From Alphaproteobacteria bacterium (GTDB taxonomy: Bacteria; Pseudomonadota; Alphaproteobacteria; Bin95): a stretch of DNA of 64,000 bases. The position numbers were made by a program, and so were the translations under genes. The stretch lies in contig CBDBGH010000003.1 of the NCBI GenBank assembly GCA_965205265.1, positions 1,440,001 through 1,504,000 on the forward strand, read 5' to 3'. Positions 56,528 to 64,000 of this stretch are shown here, piece after piece. Position 1 is the first letter of the stretch. Every line of letters starts with the position of its first letter. Under the pieces are notes generated by a model. The model ran no database searches and was not told the DNA's origin. It was given only the letters and a program-made list of their open reading frames with translations.

Positions 56528-57437
56528 GCAATTCGAGTCCGCGCCGGTAGAGGTCGCGCCGGGGCCGCCCCGAAACCGCCGCCAGCTCGCCCGCCGCGCG
56601 CGAAAGGCCAAGCGCGGCGATCCGTTCCGCAAGCAGTGCATCGGGAATCTCGGCCGGCGCCGCGTCCGGGGGCGGCCCGACGACGATGACGATTTCGCCT
56701 TTCGGCGGCCCGGCCTCCGCATAGCGCATCGCAAGCTCGTCGAGCGGACCGCGAACGACCTCTTCATGGCGTTTCGTGAGTTCGCGCGCGACTGCCGCTT
56801 CGCGCGCGAACTCACGAAACGCCATATCCGCGAGGCAGGCAACGAGCCGCGTTCCCGCTTCGTAGGCGAGCAGCGTTGCCGGCGTTTCGGCCCAAGGCGC
56901 GAGCGCGCGCCGGCGGGCCGGCCGTTTCGCCGGCAGGAAGCCCAGGAAGCCGAAGCGGTCCGGCGCCAGGCCCGAAAGCTGGAGGGCCGTCAACGCCGCA
57001 TTCGCCCCCGGCGCCGACGTCACCGCGAAGCCCTCCGCCCGAATCGCGCGCACGAGGCCGAAACCGGGGTCCGAGACGAGCGGCATCCCCGCGTCGCTCG
57101 CCAGCGCCACGGCTTTTCCCGCCCGGATGGCGGCAACGAGTTTCGGCCGCACCCGCTCCGCATTGTGGTCGTGATAAGCGGTGAGGCGCGCCTTCAGCCC
57201 GTGAATCCGAAGGAGGCGGCGGGTTACGCGCGTGTCCTCGCAGGCAACGAGATCGGCGGCGGCCAGAATGTCGAGGGTGCGAAGCGTGATGTCGCGTGCA
57301 TTGCCGATCGGCGTCGCCACAAGATACAGGCCCGCCGGCAGGCGCCCCTTCAGGTCGTCCGGTGCTTTACGCGCCGGGCCGGGAAGGTTAGCTTCGCGCC
57401 CGGCTGCACCGTCGGAGACGGGTCGTGAACACGGCAT
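56511..57437 (-). CDS. rsmI: 16S rRNA (cytidine1402-2'-O)-methyltransferase (true start may be further downstream)
   Basis: LYLVATPIGN..DITLR, ACEDTR, SDAGMP.VSDPG, GFLP, ARELTK..EE, KGE. Confidence 0.95.
   Translation of the reverse strand: MPCSRPVSDGAAGREANLPGPARKAPDDLKGRLPAGLYLVATPIGNARDITLRTLDILAAADLVACEDTRVTRRLLRIHGLKARLTAYHDHNAERVRPKLVAAIRAGKAVALASDAGMPLVSDPGFGLVRAIRAEGFAVTSAPGANAALTALQLSGLAPDRFGFLGFLPAKRPARRRALAPWAETPATLLAYEAGTRLVACLADMAFREFAREAAVARELTKRHEEVVRGPLDELAMRYAEAGPPKGEIVIVVGPPPDAAPAEIPDALLAERIAALGLSRAAGELAAVSGRPRRDLYRRGLELLARDG
56766..56825. repeat. Perfect 26-bp inverted repeat with 8-nt loop inside rsmI
   Basis: ATGGCGTTTCGTGAGTTCGCGCGCGA-ctgccgct-TCGCGCGCGAACTCACGAAACGCCAT. 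Confidence 0.95.
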
Positions 57438-58678
57438 ACTGGCGCTACGCCTCTTTCGCGCTGCTCGGCATGGCGGTTGCCGCCTGCCAGCAATCGGGAA
57501 CGGACAAGCCTAGCCCGCCGAAGCCCCCTGCGAAAGCGCCGGCGGCGGCCGCCCCGCCCGCTCCGCAGCCGCAAGCGCCGGCATCGGCACCCTCTTCGCC
57601 GCCGGTATTCCGCGCGGCGCTGCTGGCGCCGTTCTCGGGCCGCCATGCGGAGTTCGGCGCGGCCATGCTGAATGCGGCCCAATTGGCGCTCTACGACGCC
57701 GCGGGAGAGGACTTTGTGCTGATGCCGCTGGACACCCGGGGGAACCCGGCCGGCGCAGCCGAGGCTGCCCGGCAGTCCGTGCAGCGCGGCGCCGGCGCAA
57801 TGGTCGGCCCGATTTTCGGCTCGAATGTCTCGGCGGCGGCCGAGGCGGTGCGGGTGCGGTCCCTTCCCGTCTTCGCGTTCTCGAACGACCGCGCGGCGCT
57901 CAGGCCGGGTGTGTGGCTCTTCGGCCCTTTGCCGGAAGACGAGGTGGAGCGGCTGGTGGGCCATGCCGCCGCCGAAGGCCGGAAGCGGCTGGGCCTGTTG
58001 GGCTACGACACGGAGTTCGGGCGCTACGCGATGCAGGCCGCCGAGCGCGCCGCCCGCAGGCACGGCGTTACCGTGGTCCGCAGCGGCATCATCTCTCCCG
58101 GCCTCGACGCGAAGGCGCTGTCCGAGCGGGTGCGCGTGTTCGCCGGCGCTCCGGCCAGGCGCACGCCGGAGACGGAGGAACGGCCCCCGCCTTTCGATGC
58201 CGTGCTGATCGCCGCGGAGGGCGAGGCGTTGCGTTCGACGGCGGCGCTGCTCGCCTTTCACGGAATCGACCCGAAACTGGCGCGCTATCTGGCGACGGGC
58301 GTCAGGCCCGACCGGCTTCCGCTCGATGAACCGAGCCTCGCGGGCGCGTGGTATGCGGGACCGCCGCCGGAAGCGTTCGACCTCTTCTCCCGCCGCTACG
58401 AAGCCGTTTATGGGGCGCCGCCGCCCCGCCTGGCCGGGCTCGCCTACGATGCGACAGCCATAGCCGCCATGCTGGCGGAGGACCGGCGCGGCGGCGCGCT
58501 GGATGCCGCGGCGCTTACCGCTCCGGACGGCTTCTTCGGCGCGGGCGGCTTCTTCCGGTTCCGGCCGGACGGCGCGATCCAGCGGGCGCTCGCCATATTC
58601 GAGATCGCGCCCGGCGGCCCCCGCATCGTCGATCCCGCCCCGGAGCGCTTCGACGCCGGGGGCAGGCCGGTCGGCTAG
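57425..58678 (+). CDS. Penicillin-binding protein activator-like lipoprotein (LpoA/YraM family)
   Basis: Lipobox VAAC, ALLAP.SG....G..M.NAAQLA, DT.G, GP.F, LAYDA, G.FRF..DG...R.L; divergent from rsmI. Confidence 0.85.
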   Translation: MNTAYWRYASFALLGMAVAACQQSGTDKPSPPKPPAKAPAAAAPPAPQPQAPASAPSSPPVFRAALLAPFSGRHAEFGAAMLNAAQLALYDAAGEDFVLMPLDTRGNPAGAAEAARQSVQRGAGAMVGPIFGSNVSAAAEAVRVRSLPVFAFSNDRAALRPGVWLFGPLPEDEVERLVGHAAAEGRKRLGLLGYDTEFGRYAMQAAERAARRHGVTVVRSGIISPGLDAKALSERVRVFAGAPARRTPETEERPPPFDAVLIAAEGEALRSTAALLAFHGIDPKLARYLATGVRPDRLPLDEPSLAGAWYAGPPPEAFDLFSRRYEAVYGAPPPRLAGLAYDATAIAAMLAEDRRGGALDAAALTAPDGFFGAGGFFRFRPDGAIQRALAIFEIAPGGPRIVDPAPERFDAGGRPVG

Positions 58679-58732
58679 ACCCCGCGCCGCGCAAAGCCGG
58701 CTCGCCCGGACGCTACTCGTCAGGATTGAGGA

Positions 58733-59584
58733 ATGCCGGAGCTTGGCGACATTGGCGAAGCGGCGATCCGGCTGGGGTTCTTCCTCGGCATTCTTGTCCT
58801 TGTGGCCTTGTGGGAGCTCGCTCGCCCGCGCAGGCGGCTGACCCATCCGCGCTGGCTGCGCTGGTATGCCAATCTGGGCCTGGCGGTGTTGAACACAGCG
58901 CTGGTGTGGCTTCTCGTCCCGCTGGTGCCGGTCGCATTGGCCGTCATTGCCGAAAGCCGGGGCTGGGGAATTCTCAATCTCGTCGAATTGCCGGTCTGGC
59001 TCGAAGTCCTGCTCGCGGTCGTCATTCTCGATTTCGCGATCTATCTCCAGCATGTGGTGTTCCATGCCGTGCCCGCGCTCTGGCGGCTGCACCGCATGCA
59101 CCACGCCGATCTCGACTTCGATGTGACCACCGGGGCGCGGTTCCACCCGGTCGAGATCCTCGTCTCCGTGGCAATCAAGCTCGCCGTTGTCGCCCTTATC
59201 GGCGCGCCGGCGGCGGCGGTGCTGGTTTTCGAAATCCTGTTGAACGCGACCTCGATGTTCAATCACGGCAATCTGCGGATGCCGGCATGGCTGGACCGCA
59301 TGTTGCGGTGGATCGTCGTAACGCCGGACATGCACCGGGTGCATCATTCCGATATTCCCGCCGAGACGGACAGCAATTTCGGCTTCAACCTGCCTTGGTG
59401 GGACCGCCTGTTCGGCACCTACCGGGCGCAGCCGCGCCTGGGCCATGAAAAGATGACAATCGGCCTTGCGGTATTTCGGCAGCGCGAAGACCTGCATCTG
59501 CACAGGATGTTGATCCAGCCGTTCCGGCAGGGCCAGGAAGGCGCATCGACCGACCGGCGCCCGGACCGCGACGGACCCGCCTGA
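58733..59584 (+). CDS. Sterol desaturase/fatty acid hydroxylase family membrane protein
   Basis: His boxes QHVVFH, HRMHH, FNH, HRVHHS; NFGFNLPWWDRLFGT. Confidence 0.92.
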   Translation: MPELGDIGEAAIRLGFFLGILVLVALWELARPRRRLTHPRWLRWYANLGLAVLNTALVWLLVPLVPVALAVIAESRGWGILNLVELPVWLEVLLAVVILDFAIYLQHVVFHAVPALWRLHRMHHADLDFDVTTGARFHPVEILVSVAIKLAVVALIGAPAAAVLVFEILLNATSMFNHGNLRMPAWLDRMLRWIVVTPDMHRVHHSDIPAETDSNFGFNLPWWDRLFGTYRAQPRLGHEKMTIGLAVFRQREDLHLHRMLIQPFRQGQEGASTDRRPDRDGPA

Positions 59585-59599
59585 CCCGCCTGACCCGCT

Positions 59600-59776
59600 T
59601 CAGGAATCGCCGCCCGCCGCGCGCGCCTCCTCTATCAGCGCGAGCACCCGTTCGCCGTCGCCGACCTCGTTGGCGAGCAGCAGGATGAGGCGCGCATCGA
59701 GCCTCCGGCTTTCCGCTTCGTCCAGCCCCCGGTGGGCGTCCACCAGGGCCGCGTAAATGTCGTCAGCGCGTTTCAT
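59600..59776 (-). CDS. DUF2783 family protein
   Basis: D..YAALVDAHRGL...ES..L.ARLILLLAN.VGD. Confidence 0.88.
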   Translation of the reverse strand: MKRADDIYAALVDAHRGLDEAESRRLDARLILLLANEVGDGERVLALIEEARAAGGDS

Positions 59777-61368
59777 TGCCAACCCCGCGCCCGTTCCACC
59801 GCCGCGTCGATACGCGCGGGATCGAAGCGACGCCAGCGCGCGGCGACATGCTGGTCGGGGCGAAACAGCCAGGTCGTGCCGGGCCGCCCGTCATAGCGCG
59901 ACGCCAGAAGACCCTCCGGCCGCGCGCAGTGGACAGGCAACCCCCGGTTCGCCGCCGCTGCTGCCCCGCCCGGCTCCGCGAAGTGCAGCAGGGAGAAACC
60001 GCCGTCCAGACGGTCCAGCCACCAGCCGTTCCCGAGGGGCGCATCGACGGCCGCCGCGCCGGGCTGCATCGTTCCCTCGAAACCGGCCCGTTCCGGCTCA
60101 TCGGGCGTCGAGAGCGGAGACGCCGCCAGTATCGCCGGCGTCGAAAGCCGCCCGCTATTGACGAAGGCCCGCGCGAACTCGTGCCGGCGCGCGAGGGTCA
60201 GCGCCGCATCCCGGAACGCCTCGGCCGCCCCGCCGACCGGCGTCATGAAGTCGGTCGAGCGCGAGGAATTCAGGATGTTCTCGTCGGCGGCAGGGATGCG
60301 CTCCGCCTCGTAGCTGTCGAGCAGCGCCGGCCCGGCGCCGCCCCGGATCGTCTCGGCCAGCTTCCAGGCGAGGTTGTCGGCGTCCTGGATGCCGCCATTG
60401 CCGCCGCGCGCGCCGAAGGGCGAGACCTGGTGCGCGGCATCGCCGAGAAAGAAGACGCGCCCGTGGCGGAAGCGCTCCAGCCGCCGGCAGCGGAAGGTAT
60501 AGACGGAGACCCATTCGAGATCGAAGGGCGTGTCGGGGCCGATCATGGCGCGGATACGCGGGAGCACCTTCTCCGGCCTCGCCTCTTCCTCCGGGTCGGC
60601 GTCGGGGCCGAGCTGGAGGTCGATCCGCCAGACATCGTCGGGCTGCTTGTGGAGCAGCGCCGAGCGGCCTGCGTGAAAGGGCGGGTCGAACCAGAAGCGC
60701 CGTTCCGCCGGGAACTCGGATTTCATCCGGACATCGGCGATCAGGAACCGGTCCGGAAAGGACTGCCCGCGAAAGGGAAGTCCCAGGCTGCCGCGCACGG
60801 CGGAGCGCACGCCGTCGCAGGCCAGCAGCCAGTCGCAGGTGAAGGCGTAGCCACCGGCCGGCGTCGAGACCCGGACGCGGACGCCGCCGCCCTGCTCTTC
60901 CGTCCCGGTGACCCGCGTCTTCCAGCGCAGATCGAGGCCGAGCGACCGGGCACGCTCCACCAGATATTCCTCGACATAATATTGCTGGATATTGATGAAG
61001 GCCGGCCAGCGGTGCCCTTCTTCGGGCAACAGGTCGAAGGCGTAGATGAGTTCGTCGCCGTGGAAGACCTTGCCGCGGTTCCAGACCACGCCCTTCGCGG
61101 CCAGTTCGGGGCCGATGCCGAGGCGCGCGAGTATCTCCAGCGTCCGCTTGGCGAGGCAAATGAGCCGCGAACCGGCGCTTACCGTATCGTCCTCGTCCAC
61201 CAGCACGACATCGACGCCCCGCAGCTTCAGGTCGATGGCCGCGGCCAGCCCGACCGGCCCCGCCCCGACAACGCAGACGGGGTAATGCCGTTCGCGCCCG
61301 TCGAGGTCGGCGGGTTTGCGAAAGGGATAGACCGGGTTCGTCCGGCCCGGATTCAGGGCTGCCTGCAT
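59773..61368 (-). CDS. FAD-dependent oxidoreductase (MhpA-like monooxygenase)
   Basis: GAGPVG, ACDG.RS, GDAAHQVSPFGARG.N.G.QDA.NL.WK, RPDQHVAAR. Confidence 0.9.
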   Translation of the reverse strand: MQAALNPGRTNPVYPFRKPADLDGRERHYPVCVVGAGPVGLAAAIDLKLRGVDVVLVDEDDTVSAGSRLICLAKRTLEILARLGIGPELAAKGVVWNRGKVFHGDELIYAFDLLPEEGHRWPAFINIQQYYVEEYLVERARSLGLDLRWKTRVTGTEEQGGGVRVRVSTPAGGYAFTCDWLLACDGVRSAVRGSLGLPFRGQSFPDRFLIADVRMKSEFPAERRFWFDPPFHAGRSALLHKQPDDVWRIDLQLGPDADPEEEARPEKVLPRIRAMIGPDTPFDLEWVSVYTFRCRRLERFRHGRVFFLGDAAHQVSPFGARGGNGGIQDADNLAWKLAETIRGGAGPALLDSYEAERIPAADENILNSSRSTDFMTPVGGAAEAFRDAALTLARRHEFARAFVNSGRLSTPAILAASPLSTPDEPERAGFEGTMQPGAAAVDAPLGNGWWLDRLDGGFSLLHFAEPGGAAAAANRGLPVHCARPEGLLASRYDGRPGTTWLFRPDQHVAARWRRFDPARIDAAVERARGWQ

Positions 61369-61475
61369 GGCCTCATTATCGCCGCCCTGCCGCAGCGGGG
61401 CCAGACATACGCGCTGTCCACCCGAGGCGCACTATACTCGCAGGAATGTCCGTATCATTGGGGGGCCGATCCGAA

Positions 61476-63035
61476 ATGGCGCGCGTCCGCAATATCCTGT
61501 TCATCATGACGGACCAGCTCCGCTGGGATTATCTCTCCTGCTACGGGCATCCGGCGCTGGAGACGCCGCATCTGGACGGGCTGGCGGAGAAGGGAACGCG
61601 CTTCACCCGCGCCTATTGCCAGTCGCCGATCTGCGGGCCGTCGCGCATGTCCTTCTATACCGGCCGCTACATGTTCAGCCACGGCGCCACATGGAACAAC
61701 GTCCCGCTGGCGGTGGGCGAACTCACGCTCGGCGACTGGCTGCGCCCGCTCGGGCTGCGCACGGCGCTGGTCGGCAAGACGCATATGGCCCCCGACCGGG
61801 AGGGCATGCAGCGACTCGGCATCGACCCGGTGAGCAATACCGGCGTGCTGCTTTCGGAATGCGGTTTCGAGCCCTGGGAGCGGGACGACGGGCTGCATCC
61901 CGACATCGGCGTCGATCCGGACCTCGCCTACAACCGCTGGCTGAGGGAGCGCGGCTATGACAGCCCGAACCCCTGGCACGATTTCGCCAACTCGGCCGAG
62001 GGGCCCGACGGCGAACAGCTCTCCGGCTGGTATCTGCGTTACGCCCCGTTGCCGGCGCGCGTGAAGGCCGAGCACTCCGAGACGGCCTACATGACCGGGC
62101 GGGCGATGGAGTTCATCCGCGAGCAGGGCGAGGAGCCCTGGTGCCTCCATCTTTCCTACATCAAGCCGCACTGGCCCTATATCGCGCCTGCGCCCTATCA
62201 CGGCCTCTACGGGGCCAACTCCGTCATCGCCGCCAACCGGCACGAGGACGAACGCCGGGACCCGCATCCGGTCCACGCCGCCTTCATGGCCCATGAGGAC
62301 AGCCGGAGCTTCGCCCGCGACGAAGTCCGGCGCGCGGTCATCCCCGCCTATATGGGGCTCGTCAAGGAGATCGACGACCATATGGGCCGCCTGTTTGCCT
62401 TTCTGGAGGAGCGGGGCCGGATGGAAGACACGATGATCGTCTTCACCAGCGACCACGGCGACTATCTGGGCGACCATTGGCTCGGCGAGAAGGAGTTGTT
62501 CCACGAAGAAAGCGTGCGCATTCCGCTGATCCTCTACGACCCGGCCGGGCGCCCCGGCGCGGTCGTGAACGACCTTGTGGAGTCGATAGACCTGGTGCCG
62601 ACCTTCGTGGAGGCGGCGGGCGGCGAGGTCCAGCCGCACCGGGTGGAAGGGCGCTCCCTGCTGCCGCTGCTCCGGGACGGAAAGGCGGAGCGGCGAGAGG
62701 CGGTGTTCTCCGAAACCGATTACGCGCACCGCGCCGCCCGTCTCACGCTCGGGCGCGGCGTGGAGGAGTCCCGCGGCTACATGGTCCGCATGGAGCGCTG
62801 GAAATATGTGTTCTGGGAAGGGTACCGCCCGCAATTGTTCGATATGGCCGCAGACCCGCTGGAACTCGCCGACCTCGGGTGCGACCCTGCCCATGCCGGC
62901 ATCCGCACGGACCTCCACGAGCGGCTGTTCGCCTGGCTCAGGGCGCGGCGCACCCGCACCACGCTTTCCGACGAAGAGGTGGCGCAGCGCACCGACGGGA
63001 GCCGCAAGCGCGGATTCATCATCGGCGTGTGGTAG
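61476..63035 (+). CDS. Sulfatase/phosphonate monoester hydrolase family protein
   Basis: NILFIM.DQLR, CGPSR formylglycine motif, GKTH, KPHWP, SDHG, EK. Confidence 0.92.
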   Translation: MARVRNILFIMTDQLRWDYLSCYGHPALETPHLDGLAEKGTRFTRAYCQSPICGPSRMSFYTGRYMFSHGATWNNVPLAVGELTLGDWLRPLGLRTALVGKTHMAPDREGMQRLGIDPVSNTGVLLSECGFEPWERDDGLHPDIGVDPDLAYNRWLRERGYDSPNPWHDFANSAEGPDGEQLSGWYLRYAPLPARVKAEHSETAYMTGRAMEFIREQGEEPWCLHLSYIKPHWPYIAPAPYHGLYGANSVIAANRHEDERRDPHPVHAAFMAHEDSRSFARDEVRRAVIPAYMGLVKEIDDHMGRLFAFLEERGRMEDTMIVFTSDHGDYLGDHWLGEKELFHEESVRIPLILYDPAGRPGAVVNDLVESIDLVPTFVEAAGGEVQPHRVEGRSLLPLLRDGKAERREAVFSETDYAHRAARLTLGRGVEESRGYMVRMERWKYVFWEGYRPQLFDMAADPLELADLGCDPAHAGIRTDLHERLFAWLRARRTRTTLSDEEVAQRTDGSRKRGFIIGVW

Positions 63036-63073
63036 CGCCCGGTTTTCGTTGCCTTTATGCTGCCCCCAGGCTC

Positions 63074-63811
63074 ATGTCGGAAATGCAAACCCTCATCCTC
63101 ACCGGCGCCAGCCGCGGTATCGGCCATGCCACGGCCATCAAATTCAAGGACGCCGGCTGGCGCGTCATCACCTGCTCGCGGCAGTCCTTTCCGGGCGGCA
63201 TATGTCCGTGGGGCGCGGGGCCGGAGGACCATATCGAGGTGGACCTGTCGGACCCGGAAGGGCTCGCGGTCACGATAGAGGAAATGCGCAAGCGATTGAC
63301 GGACGGGCGCGTCCACGCGCTGGTCAACAATGCCGCGGTTTCGCCCAAGGACGATGACGGCGGCAGGCTCGGCGTGCGCAACACGCGCCTCAGCGCCTGG
63401 CACCATGTCATGCAGGTCAATTTCTACGCCCCGCTGATGCTCGCGCGCGGCCTTGCGAGGGAGCTGGCCGCCGGCAACGGGTCGGTGGTGAATGTCACCT
63501 CGATTGCGGGGGGGCGGGTGCATCGCTTCGCCGGGCCCGCCTATGCCACGTCGAAAGCAGCGCTGGCGGCGCTCACCCGCGAGATGGCGGCGGAATTCGG
63601 GCCCGACGGCATTCGCGTCAACGCCATCGCGCCCGGCGAGATCGACACCCCGATGCTCTCCCCCGGCACGGACGAAATCGTCCGCGCCATCCCGGTCGGC
63701 CGCATGGGCGAGCCGGGGGAAGTCGCCGACACGATCTATTTCCTCTGCACGGACGCCTCGCGCTACATCAACGGTGCCGAAATCCACGTGAATGGCGGCC
63801 AGCACGTATAG
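63074..63811 (+). CDS. SDR family oxidoreductase
   Basis: TGASRGIG, NNA, YATSK, NGG. Confidence 0.92.
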   Translation: MSEMQTLILTGASRGIGHATAIKFKDAGWRVITCSRQSFPGGICPWGAGPEDHIEVDLSDPEGLAVTIEEMRKRLTDGRVHALVNNAAVSPKDDDGGRLGVRNTRLSAWHHVMQVNFYAPLMLARGLARELAAGNGSVVNVTSIAGGRVHRFAGPAYATSKAALAALTREMAAEFGPDGIRVNAIAPGEIDTPMLSPGTDEIVRAIPVGRMGEPGEVADTIYFLCTDASRYINGAEIHVNGGQHV

Positions 63812-63891
63812 GCGCGACGGGCCGCCGGGCGGTTGACCCGCGACGAGCGCCGAACCAGTTTCCGGCTACCTCTCCACAGACAGGGTTTCCC

Positions 63892-64000
63892 TTGCTCGAT
63901 CTTCCCACACCCTCCCGCGTGGTCGTCGCCATGTCCGGCGGCGTGGACAGCTCGGTCACGGCGGCGCTGCTTGCGGAGGCGGGCCATGAGGTCGTCGGCG
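63892..64000 (+). CDS. mnmA: tRNA 2-thiouridylase MnmA, 5' part only (start codon uncertain)
   Basis: RVVVAMSGGVDSSVTAALL.EAGHEVVG. Confidence 0.88.
   Translation, partial: MLDLPTPSRVVVAMSGGVDSSVTAALLAEAGHEVVG

Noticed and set aside
59574-59598. Short tandem GACCCGCCT repeat at the convergent gene junction
   Set aside because: About 2.5 copies of a 9-mer; most likely a trivial slippage duplication.

Overview
High-GC alphaproteobacterial chromosome segment (Rhodospirillales-like gene content; the taxon is an inference) that appears to contain the replication terminus. A XerCD dif site (5108-5135) lies inside an unbroken MBL-hydrolase/MazG reading frame, and KOPS-like octamers point towards it. 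Core blocks are mltB-rlpA-dacA-tmk-holB-metG-tatD-MBL/mazG, tRNA-Ser(TGA), nrdB, mcd, pip, yifB/comM-gshB-yraN-rsmI-lpoA and the start of mnmA. They are interleaved with catabolic genes and small toxin-antitoxin modules (MNT-HEPN, HicAB, a BrnA remnant). Two things stand out as candidate undescribed systems. (1) A dispersed element present twice in opposite orientation (about 34.68-35.96 kb and 48.31-48.86 kb): AT-rich promoter, conserved ~250-nt structured leader, RBS, cargo ORF, then 10-bp-phased CATGACA repeats that place stop codons in all three frames. The cargo is an orphan terminase small subunit-like gene in one copy and is deleted in the other. (2) A 9.5-kb cluster (15.6-25.2 kb) in which four membrane proteins share one periplasmic sensor-like domain, wired to an MFS transporter and to a PP2C phosphatase, around two non-canonical Ddl-like ATP-grasp ligases and a stand-alone substrate-binding protein. 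A perfect 26-bp palindrome that rewrites part of rsmI is also noted. All calls come from motif recognition by eye; no database searches were run.
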